Assembly (NCBI GenBank): GCA_024104275.1
Contig: JAGGHK010000007.1
Span: forward strand, 1,654-65,653
Direction of reading: 5' to 3'
DNA: 64,000 nt
Source: Bifidobacterium sp.
GTDB taxonomy: Bacteria > Actinomycetota > Actinomycetes > Actinomycetales > Bifidobacteriaceae
Made by a program: the position numbers and the translations under genes. The notes below the pieces were generated by a model, which was not told the origin of the DNA, did no database searches, and saw only the letters and a program-made list of their open reading frames with translations. Within the stretch, counting starts at the first letter, position 1. The number at the start of each line of letters is the position of its first letter. Shown here piece after piece: positions 56,108 to 64,000 of this stretch.

Positions 56108-57808
56108 TTACTCAGTTTCGCTCTTGGCAGCGGACGGACGAAGGCCGCACATGTCGTCGCCTTGGCCGTCTAGCGCGGCGGATGGGGAGAAGCTCAGGAG
56201 GTTGCTGGCGGCGGAAAGATGCAGCGGGCTGGGGGCTGCCGTCGAGGTTTGGGCCGGGGCGGCGCTCGCATCTGTGCTTTCGTTTGCATCGACAGCGGAT
56301 TGTGCATTGGAATCGTTCTGCGTCGCGTTGCCTCGAGCAGAGGCGTTGGTATCTGTACCCATTTCATTGCCGCTGCTTCTGGTAGCTGTTTTAACGTCAC
56401 CGGTCGTTGCAGAGGCGCTGGCGCCGGCCAGTACGTTTGTGGAATCCTGTTCAGGGATCGTGTCCAAAGCGTCCGTGTCCAAATCCGAATCGGCGAACTC
56501 CTTGCGGCCGTCGTAAAGGTCACGGTCGAGCTGGTGTTCGGTGGTGGCGACGATGAAGGCGGTATTGGTGGCTCCGGCCACGTTGAGGGCGGTGCGGCCC
56601 ATGTCGACGATCTGCGAAATCGGCTGGGCGATGGCGATGAAGGCAATCGGCAGGCCGGTGGCCGCGAAGAGCGAGGTCGCGGTGATGGTGGCGGTGCCGG
56701 GCACACCGACGGTGCCGATGGAGACCAGCAGGGTCAGCGCGACGAGCAGCAGATACTGCAACGGCGTGTAATGCATATTCAGCGAGTTGACGGCAAACAC
56801 CGCGAGCAGCGTGGGCCAGACGCCAGCGCATCCGGGCATACCCAGGTTCGCACCCAACGAGGCGACGAACGAGGCGATGTCGTCGGGGACGCCGCCTCGG
56901 CGCAGCTGAAGCACCGTCACCGGGATGGTACCGATGCTGGATTCGGAGGTGAAGGCGACCACGCCGGCTGGCCAGAAGAACTTGAAGAATCGGAACGGGT
57001 TGGTGCGTGTGGTCACGCCGAGGATGGCAGGCTGGACGATGAACATCTGCAGTGCGATGGCGATGTAGGCCACGACGAGCACGAGCAGCAACGGCAGCAG
57101 CGCCACCAGATTGCTGTTCGAGATAGCGGCGGCGATCAGCGCGAGCACGGCGTAAGGAGTGAAGCCGACGATGATCTGTGCGGCCTTGGAAAGCACGACG
57201 TTGCCTGCGTCCACAAAGGTCTTGAACGGCTTGACCGCGGCCTCGCCCTTGGCGGTTGAAGCGGCGGCGTTATAAGCCAGGCCGACGAGGATGGCGAAGA
57301 TGACGACCGGTACCACCTGGTTGGCGGCCCAGTTGGCGACGAGGTTCGAGGGGAAGAGCCCGACAATCGTGTCGAGCACCGCGGGCACGTGCTTGGCTTG
57401 GTAGTGCTGTGGCATGGCGACGTCGAAGCCTTTGCCCACGCCGAACGCCAGCGCGAGCCCGAGTGTGATCAGCGAGGCGGTAAGTGTGTTCAGGAGCAGG
57501 AACACTACGGTTTTCACACCGATGTTCTTGAGCCTCAGCGACGAGCCGAGGTTGGTGATGCTGGCGATGACGCTGAACAGGAGCAGCGGCACGACGATGG
57601 CCCCGATGGCGTTCGACCAGACGGTGCCGAACGCGGCAACGTAGGTGGTGTGCCCCTTGAAAATCAGCCCCATCGCGATGCCGAGCACGGTGGCGATGAT
57701 GACGCGGGCGCTGAACCCGGCCTTTTTGGTGCGGCTCAGCACGGCGAGTCCGGCGAAAAGCAGAACGGTGACGCCGAGCGCCAGCCAGTTCCAGATGGTT
57801 GCGGTCAT
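56108..57808 (-). CDS. dicarboxylate/amino acid:cation symporter (DAACS; possibly cystine, TcyP-like)
   Basis: FTSESSIGTIP, ANLGMPGCAG, GTVGVPG and DMGRTALNV motifs; GAGGA SD; extra ~100-aa low-complexity tail. Confidence 0.9.
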   Translation of the reverse strand: MTATIWNWLALGVTVLLFAGLAVLSRTKKAGFSARVIIATVLGIAMGLIFKGHTTYVAAFGTVWSNAIGAIVVPLLLFSVIASITNLGSSLRLKNIGVKTVVFLLLNTLTASLITLGLALAFGVGKGFDVAMPQHYQAKHVPAVLDTIVGLFPSNLVANWAANQVVPVVIFAILVGLAYNAAASTAKGEAAVKPFKTFVDAGNVVLSKAAQIIVGFTPYAVLALIAAAISNSNLVALLPLLLVLVVAYIAIALQMFIVQPAILGVTTRTNPFRFFKFFWPAGVVAFTSESSIGTIPVTVLQLRRGGVPDDIASFVASLGANLGMPGCAGVWPTLLAVFAVNSLNMHYTPLQYLLLVALTLLVSIGTVGVPGTATITATSLFAATGLPIAFIAIAQPISQIVDMGRTALNVAGATNTAFIVATTEHQLDRDLYDGRKEFADSDLDTDALDTIPEQDSTNVLAGASASATTGDVKTATRSSGNEMGTDTNASARGNATQNDSNAQSAVDANESTDASAAPAQTSTAAPSPLHLSAASNLLSFSPSAALDGQGDDMCGLRPSAAKSETE

Positions 57809-58583
57809 GATCTTCCTCTCAATCAATTTTTGTATAAAATTATGGATATGCGGATATGCGTATGTGTATGAAGTGGAATTTTTTAGTAATGCAGAGCTTT
57901 GTTGGTAACGTGTTCAGTGATTTCGGGTTCAGTTATTCTTGCGAAATAGCAGAAATCAGAAAGGTTTAGCAAAGTACGGAAGGAGTCGGCTGATTTCGTC
58001 ACGAGAACGTTTAGTGTTCGAATATATTCGTAATCCTACGAAAACAGCTACTAATTATTCATACGATTGAATATCGGCTATAGACCGGTACTTCAACTGG
58101 CAGAACGAATATTAAAAGATTACGAAATGAAGCAGCGGAATTATCGAGAAAAATTCAGCGACAACAAGACATCGTCATACAAGACATCATCGTGTGCAGA
58201 CGAGAATTACAGTTGGCGACGGAACGATAGAGTCCGTAGCCATTGCTGCTGTCCGCAGAAGAAATTTGAGATGTCATGAATGCAACGATAACTGATGGGT
58301 GCGATATTTGCAATAGCGAATCCCGGAAAATGAGATTTTCGTATCAAAGAAAAAGTTATGACGCGTGGAACCTATTGGAGCGCACGGGAAAGGACATGTT
58401 CTTATCCGACCGATTCGCAAAGCATGCAAGAAACGGGCTGACGAGCAATGTGCCGTCAGTCCGTTTCTGGTTGCTGAATGTAAATGCCAACCCGGTTGAT
58501 AATGCCAGTAGGCCAGTCTCGCTTCGTGCAGAGAAACCGAGGTGAGACTGGCCTACACCCGAATTGGACTTTACGGATGTGTT

Positions 58584-58964
58584 TCAGGCAGCTTTTGTCG
58601 TGGCGGTTTCCGCCCCGACGCCGCTCGCGTGCTTGTCGTTGCCTTTCAGCTGGCTTTTCTCGGCGTCGCGACGAACGATCTCCGTCGCAATCGACTCGAT
58701 GCTGCACAGGCGCAGGGCATTGTCTCCGCGAACGCCGGAAGCTTCTTCGTTGCTGACGATGCCGGTTTTCACCAGCGCGTCAACGGGGTTGATGCCGTAG
58801 CTTCGTGCGATGGCGATGATTTCGTCGGTCGCCAGTTCGTTTGACTTGAAGCGCTTGTATAAAGTGGCATAGGGGATGCCGGCTTGTTGCGAGATTCTGT
58901 TGATGGAATCGTCGTGCGTGATCTCTCGTAGCCATTCAATGTGATTATGTCGAATTTTTTCCAT
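58584..58964 (-). CDS. orphan helix-turn-helix transcriptional regulator (XRE/phage-repressor-like)
   Basis: SINRISQQAGIPYATLYKR HTH and I.IARSYGINPVDAL; AT-rich flanks. Confidence 0.72.
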   Translation of the reverse strand: MEKIRHNHIEWLREITHDDSINRISQQAGIPYATLYKRFKSNELATDEIIAIARSYGINPVDALVKTGIVSNEEASGVRGDNALRLCSIESIATEIVRRDAEKSQLKGNDKHASGVGAETATTKAA

Positions 58965-59282
58965 GTTGTTATTTTCTGATAATTCGACTAGAAATGTGAG
59001 AGGAAAAATTCGTTAAACGTTTGATTCTTTTTGCCGAATATTTCTTTTAAATTTATACAGATTATTTGGGCAAACGCGCACTTTGTCTAAAGGGCTAAGG
59101 CCGTTGAAAATAGTGGGATACTTTGACATAGCATAGAAGGGAATAATCATTCTAGATATTTTTATCAGGCGATAAAAACGTTTATGCATTTTCTAGATAA
59201 ACAGCAATCGTTTCAAAAAAATTTTAAAAAAAAATTATATAAAACGTTTGTAATTGTGTGATTCAGTTATTAGCATAATTCC

Positions 59283-59500
59283 GAGCGGAGAACAGAGAGC
59301 CAATGAGGTTTGAGCCTCAACCATGCCTCCATTTGGGGGTCTCGCGCAAGTAGGAAGGCAAGGAAGAGACCAAGGGAACCCGATCGGCGGTCAAGGCAAT
59401 CCACGCTTATGGCTCGTCTCCGGCTGGGCCGCGTTTTGGAGATGGCGTCCAAAATAGGTGGTCGCCATTGACTCTGAGGCCTCGGGGGGGGGGTGGAGGG
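59283..59500 (+). ncRNA. candidate structured non-coding RNA
   Basis: Promoter TTGTAA-N17-TAGCAT with upstream A-tracts; nested stems CGGAGA/TCTCCG, GAGCCA/TGGCTC and GGTCTC/GAGACC; no credible ORF. Confidence 0.4.
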
Positions 59501-59753
59501 AACGGTTTGAATCTCCCCGCGCTGATTTTAGACAACCTTCTGCTATGGAACAGAAGGGTTTGAGCCCTATTTTGGCCGCGCATCTTGCTATATGACCTGG
59601 ATTGTTTTGTGGCGTGTTGTGCGATATTTTGGCGCTGGCCGTGTATAGTGGAATTTGCGCTCGACGGGGAAGGAACCCCGAAAGGCCCCATTCATAATGG
59701 AATGAAAGTGCGGAAATCCGCTTGCCGAGGTTGGCTCGCGGGTGGATGCAGAA

Positions 59754-59798
59754 CCCCTTCACTACGGATCGTTCGGCACGTACCTGCCGATGAAAGGA
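59754..59798 (+). ncRNA. msiK RNA motif (5' leader)
   Basis: CCTTCA..CGGCA-CGTACC-TGCCG..TGAAAGGA hairpin enclosing the SD of msiK, matching the actinobacterial msiK leader motif from memory. Confidence 0.75.
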
Positions 59799-59807
59799 AT
59801 ATCAATT

Positions 59808-60935
59808 ATGGCAAAAGTCGTATTTGACCATGTCACTCGTATCTACCCGGGCAATACGGAGCCCTCGGTATCCGATCTCTCACTTGACATCAAAGATGGT
59901 GAATTCCTTGTGCTCGTCGGCCCTTCCGGCTGCGGCAAGTCAACGACCCTGCGTATGCTCGCGGGCCTCGAGGAAGTCAACAAAGGCAAGATTTACATTG
60001 GCGATAAGGACGTCACCACGATGCAGCCGAAAGACCGCGATATCGCCATGGTCTTCCAGAACTACGCACTGTATCCGCACATGACCGTCGCCGACAACAT
60101 GGGCTTCGCTCTGAAGATCGCCGGCGTCCCGAAGGACGAGATTCGTCAGCGTGTCGAAGAGGCCGCCAAGGTCCTCGATCTGACCGAATTCCTCGACCGC
60201 AAGCCGAAGGCTCTTTCCGGTGGTCAGCGTCAGCGCGTCGCCATGGGCCGCGCAATCGTTCGTAAGCCTAAGGTCTTCCTGATGGATGAGCCGCTTTCCA
60301 ACTTGGATGCGAAGCTCCGTGTGCAGACCCGTACACAGATCGCTGCTCTGCAGCGTCAACTCGGCGTCACCACCCTTTATGTCACCCACGATCAGACCGA
60401 GGCTCTGACGATGGGCGATCGCATCGCCGTCATCAAGCTGGGCATCCTCCAGCAGGTCGGTGCCCCCACCGAGCTCTATGACAAGCCGCGCAACGTCTTC
60501 GTCGCCGGCTTCATCGGCTCGCCTTCCATGAACATCAACACCCACCCCGTCGTCAACGGCAGGGCGAAGATCGGCAGCGACACCATCGAACTCGACAAGG
60601 ACGCCGTCGCCAAGCTCACTCCGGAAGACAAGGGCCGCATCGTCGTCGGCTTCCGCCCTGAGGATGCTTCGCTCGCGACTGCCGACGATCCCAATGCCTT
60701 CGCGCTGAAGGTCGAGAACGTCGAGGATCTGGGCTCTGACGGCTACATCTACGGCAACATCGTCACCGATGGCTCCGTCGCTGAGTCCACCGCTACGATG
60801 TCCGACCAGAACAAGCTGACCACGATTCGTGTCAATCCGCGTGATCTGCCGAAGGTCGGCGAGACCGTCAAGATTAAGATTGATCCGTCCAAGATGCACC
60901 TCTTCTCCCCGGCTTCCGAGCTGCGCCTGAACTGA
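59808..60935 (+). CDS. msiK: multiple-sugar ABC transporter ATP-binding protein
   Basis: [57 protein letters not shown]. Confidence 0.96.
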   Translation: MAKVVFDHVTRIYPGNTEPSVSDLSLDIKDGEFLVLVGPSGCGKSTTLRMLAGLEEVNKGKIYIGDKDVTTMQPKDRDIAMVFQNYALYPHMTVADNMGFALKIAGVPKDEIRQRVEEAAKVLDLTEFLDRKPKALSGGQRQRVAMGRAIVRKPKVFLMDEPLSNLDAKLRVQTRTQIAALQRQLGVTTLYVTHDQTEALTMGDRIAVIKLGILQQVGAPTELYDKPRNVFVAGFIGSPSMNINTHPVVNGRAKIGSDTIELDKDAVAKLTPEDKGRIVVGFRPEDASLATADDPNAFALKVENVEDLGSDGYIYGNIVTDGSVAESTATMSDQNKLTTIRVNPRDLPKVGETVKIKIDPSKMHLFSPASELRLN

Positions 60936-60965
60936 TTCGCATCTTCGCGTTTTAGCGTCGTTTAG

Positions 60966-61003
60966 TAAGACCCGTGCATTCGTGCGCGGGTCTTATTTTT
61001 TTT
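60966..61003 (+). terminator. intrinsic terminator of msiK
   Basis: TAAGACCC..GGGTCTTA stem followed by a T-run. Confidence 0.9.
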
Positions 61004-61211
61004 CTTGTTCGTCTTCGGACCATTCTCCCCGGACGTTTTGCGGCTAAGCCGCGGGGCAACTCCAACGGTTGGTTGCGGATGCGACATGTGTGTTGCCTAT
61101 GGCGTCGCGATTGCAATGTGTGATTGCGTTTGTGGGATGAACGGTGGACTATCCTACGCGGGCGGTAGATTGAGAAGTATGGAAATAAGTGGTGGGATGC
61201 AAGGAATGCAG

Positions 61212-62936
61212 ATGGATCCGCGGGCGCTGAAGGCGACGTCCGTAACGACCGCCGAGGCCGGGGATGCCGACGTCCCCGAGCCCAAGGCGTTGCAGATCAC
61301 TGCCGCGAGCTCGAACCCTAAGATGTTCACCCTGCCTTGGGAAAAACCGCTGGCGACCTGGCCCAAGGAGCTGCTGGCGAACCTGCCGCGAGGCATTTCC
61401 CGGCACGTCGTGCGTTTCGTTCACGTCGGCGACGAGATTTACGCGATGAAGGAGATCACCAGCCGCGTGGCCGCGCACGAATACGAGCTGTTGCGCCGCC
61501 TGCAGAAGCTCGAGCTGCCCACCGTCACACCGATTGCCGTGGTCACCGGGCGACATACGCGCGAAGGGGAGCCGCTGGAATCTATTCTGGTGACCAAACA
61601 GCTCAAATTCTCGCTGCCCTATCGTGCGCTTTTCGCCGGAAACTTGCGGCCGGACACTGCCGATCGCCTGATTGACGCGCTCGCGGTGCTTATGGTGCGT
61701 CTGCATCTTTCCGGCTTCTATTGGGGCGACGTCTCGCTTTCCAACGTCCTCTTCCTGCGCGACGCGGATGCGTTTTCGGCCTTCCTGGTCGACGCGGAAA
61801 CCGGTGCGCTATACACAACGCTGACCGACGGCCAGCGCAACTACGACATGGACCTTGCCCGCACCAATATCATCGGCGAACTGATGGACTTGAGCTCCGG
61901 CAAGTTGCTGCCCGACGAGGTCGACGAGGTCGAGGTCGGTGACCGGCTCATCGAGCGCTACGAGTCGCTGTGGGGTGCGTTGACCGATGAGGAGGACTTC
62001 GGCCCGGACGAGATGTGGAAGATCGAGAAGCGCGTCAACAAGCTCAACGACTTGGGCTTCGACGTCGACGAGCTCGAGGTCAAGACCGCCGCCGACGGCA
62101 AGCGTGTGCTCGTTCGCCCTCGCGTGGTCGACGCTGGGTATGCCTCCCGCAAGCTTTTGCGACTCACGGGCCTCGACGTGCAGGAGAACCAGGCTCGGCG
62201 TCTATTGAACGATTTGGACGCCTATCGTGCCTCCACCTGGCGTGACGGTGAGGAGCTGGAAATCGTGGCGACCGATTGGATGCGCGAGGTCTTCGAGCCC
62301 GTCGTGCGCATGATTCCCAAGGAATACCGCTCTAAGATTGAGCCGGCCCAGTTCTTCCACGAGGTTTTGCAGAATCGTTGGTTTATGGCCGAAAAGGCCG
62401 GGCACGACGTGTCCACGGCCGTCGCAGCGAGCGATTACATCAAGCACAACCTGCCCGATTACAATATCGATTCGAAGGCACTCGCCGAAATCAACGCCGA
62501 CGCGGATTCCGGCGTGGTCGACGACAGCTCGACATACGACGAGGCCGCGGATGGTTCCAATGATGAAGAAAACGGCGATGTTGCGGACACCGTGGGGAGC
62601 GACAACGATGATGTCGACAGCATCGGACGCGGAGACTACAGCGCTCTGGGTGACGGCCTGGGCAATCTCGGCGCCACGCAAACCACCAGCAACGATTTGA
62701 ACCTCGAAACCGATTCGGACGTGCCCGAAGACATTTGGCCGACCCAACCGGACCCTGCCACCGTTGCTATTCGTAATGCAAATAGCAAACTCGCAAAGGA
62801 TAATGCCCCGGGAACCGATTCTGCAAAGAAGGATGCAGACGCAACTGCGAACGGTGCTGACAAAGCTGAGGATTCCGATGACGATGGCTACGACCCGGCC
62901 GAATACGATCAGGATGCCGCCGTCTGGAGCCACTGA
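61212..62936 (+). CDS. DUF4032 domain protein with an LPS-kinase-like N-terminal domain
   Basis: LPRGISRHVVRF, FYWGDVSLSN.LF.RDA, LVDAETG, EVL..RWF..E..G.DV; start uncertain (AAGGA SD before 61212). Confidence 0.88.
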   Translation: MDPRALKATSVTTAEAGDADVPEPKALQITAASSNPKMFTLPWEKPLATWPKELLANLPRGISRHVVRFVHVGDEIYAMKEITSRVAAHEYELLRRLQKLELPTVTPIAVVTGRHTREGEPLESILVTKQLKFSLPYRALFAGNLRPDTADRLIDALAVLMVRLHLSGFYWGDVSLSNVLFLRDADAFSAFLVDAETGALYTTLTDGQRNYDMDLARTNIIGELMDLSSGKLLPDEVDEVEVGDRLIERYESLWGALTDEEDFGPDEMWKIEKRVNKLNDLGFDVDELEVKTAADGKRVLVRPRVVDAGYASRKLLRLTGLDVQENQARRLLNDLDAYRASTWRDGEELEIVATDWMREVFEPVVRMIPKEYRSKIEPAQFFHEVLQNRWFMAEKAGHDVSTAVAASDYIKHNLPDYNIDSKALAEINADADSGVVDDSSTYDEAADGSNDEENGDVADTVGSDNDDVDSIGRGDYSALGDGLGNLGATQTTSNDLNLETDSDVPEDIWPTQPDPATVAIRNANSKLAKDNAPGTDSAKKDADATANGADKAEDSDDDGYDPAEYDQDAAVWSH

Positions 62937-62963
62937 ATTGTTCAGCATTTAATATTCGGATAT

Positions 62964-63001
62964 AAAAATCTCCCACGGAGCAATTCCGGCGGGAGATTTT
63001 T
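62964..63001. terminator. bidirectional intrinsic terminator
   Basis: AAAAATCTCCC / GGGAGATTTTT stem between convergent genes. Confidence 0.85.
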
Positions 63002-63066
63002 GTATCGAGCCACTCCATCAATACGATGGAGATTATTCTTATCAGCTACTTTATTGGCTTTATCGG

Positions 63067-64000
63067 CTATTTGGCCTCGTTATCCGCTTTCATTCCGGCC
63101 TTGCTGCGGGCGCGGGCGACGGCGTAAAGACTGATGCCGGCCGCCACCGAGGCGTTGAGGGATTCGACCTCGCTGGAAATCGGGATGCCGGCGATGGAAT
63201 CGCAAGCCTCGCGCACCAGGCGGCTCAGGCCCTTGCCTTCCGAGCCCAGCACCACGACCAGCGGATCGGTTTCAAAACCGCTTTCGCCGACGATGACGTC
63301 GCCGCCGCCGTCAAGTCCGACCACGTAGTAGCCGCGCTCTTTCAGAGCCTCGATGGCCTTGGTCAGATTGACCACGCGGGCAACAGGCAGGTGAGCGGCC
63401 GCTCCGGCCGAAACCTTCCAAGCCGCGGCGTTGACGGAAGCCGAGCGTCGTTCCGGCAGGATGACGCCATTGGCACCGAATGCCGCCGCGGAACGGATGA
63501 CAGCGCCGAGATTCTGCGGGTCGGTGACGCCGTCCAGCGCGATGAAAAGCGGGCGGGCGTTAATACGGGCGCTCTGCGAATCGGCCTCTTCCATGGCGTG
63601 CGACTTCTTATCCGCACGGTCGGCGAGCTCCGCCAACGTGTGGTACTGGTAGGGCTGCACTTTCAGAATGATGCCCTGATGGTTGCGCGAGTGCGCGATG
63701 CGGTCCATCTCCAGCCGGTCGGCCTCGAGCAGGTTGAGCCCCTGCATGCCGGCGAGTTTCACGATTTCGCGGGTGCGGTCGTCGTGCTCGATGCGATTGG
63801 CGATGTAAAGCTGTGTGCTCGGCACACCCACGCGCAACGCCTCAAGCACCGCGTTGCGGCCGACCACCAGGTCGTCGGAATCCGAGGTATATCGTGCCGC
63901 TCGACGACGTGCCGCCAGCCGCGGATCGGCGAAACGGCGCTTTTCGTTCTGCTTCTTGGCGCGATATGCCTTGTGATAGACGCGATCCTCGGCCTTGGGC
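63067..64000 (-). CDS. rlmB: 23S rRNA (guanosine-2'-O)-methyltransferase, 5' end beyond the window
   Basis: GRN.VLEAL, HQG, LDGVTDPQNLGAVIRS, GSEGKGLSR, ESLNASVAAG (SpoU); frame stays open to the window edge (PKAEDRVYHKAY). Confidence 0.95.
   Translation of the reverse strand, partial: PKAEDRVYHKAYRAKKQNEKRRFADPRLAARRRAARYTSDSDDLVVGRNAVLEALRVGVPSTQLYIANRIEHDDRTREIVKLAGMQGLNLLEADRLEMDRIAHSRNHQGIILKVQPYQYHTLAELADRADKKSHAMEEADSQSARINARPLFIALDGVTDPQNLGAVIRSAAAFGANGVILPERRSASVNAAAWKVSAGAAAHLPVARVVNLTKAIEALKERGYYVVGLDGGGDVIVGESGFETDPLVVVLGSEGKGLSRLVREACDSIAGIPISSEVESLNASVAAGISLYAVARARSKAGMKADNEAK

Noticed and set aside
57960-58560. Short ORFs in the AT-rich region next to the HTH gene
   Set aside because: No SD or motif support; treated as non-coding or decayed DNA.
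59340-59410. TPP, c-di-AMP (ydaO) or SRP identity for the structured RNA
   Set aside because: Only fragmentary motif resemblance (GAACCCGATC, GGAAGG); the conserved cores of these families are not present.
61005-61211. Long N-terminal extension of the DUF4032 protein
   Set aside because: It begins inside the msiK terminator, is Cys/Gly-rich and has no SD; the later ATG with AAGGA is preferred.

Overview
High-GC actinobacterial chromosomal window, most likely Bifidobacterium judging by gene content and order. The housekeeping backbone includes trpS, a rhomboid protease, a Ddl-family ligase with a PLP aminotransferase, the pseudokinase-murJ-DUF6049-NUDIX-cca block, LytR_C, rsmA, an rpfB-like gene, tRNA-Thr(UGU), two DsbA-like genes, a Ser/Thr kinase, msiK with its leader RNA motif, DUF4032 and a partial rlmB. 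Accessory DNA is interleaved with it: an amino-acid ABC permease set lacking an ATPase, a ~9.3 kb island (9.7-19.0 kb), a GH3-GH3-GtrA plus LytTR two-component locus, a FIVAR/LPXTG surface protein, a putative toxin-antitoxin pair and an orphan HTH regulator. The most striking pattern is four intact solitary AAA-ATPase/PD-(D/E)XK genes (three AAA_14-DUF4143, one ATPase_2-DUF234) plus one deleted remnant. Each is preceded by its own iterated or palindromic operator-like array. The remnant and its closest intact homologue both carry 4 x 23-bp arrays with related cores. One copy sits between ~90-bp direct repeats, and another interrupts the rpfB-rsmA operon. Other observations: a homopolymer frameshift in a BspA-like surface protein, a 3-copy ~70-bp palindromic repeat family with compensatory changes, a candidate structured ncRNA upstream of msiK, several degenerate intergenic tandem arrays, and in-frame low-complexity insertions in conserved enzymes. 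All family assignments come from motif recognition by eye; no database searches were run.
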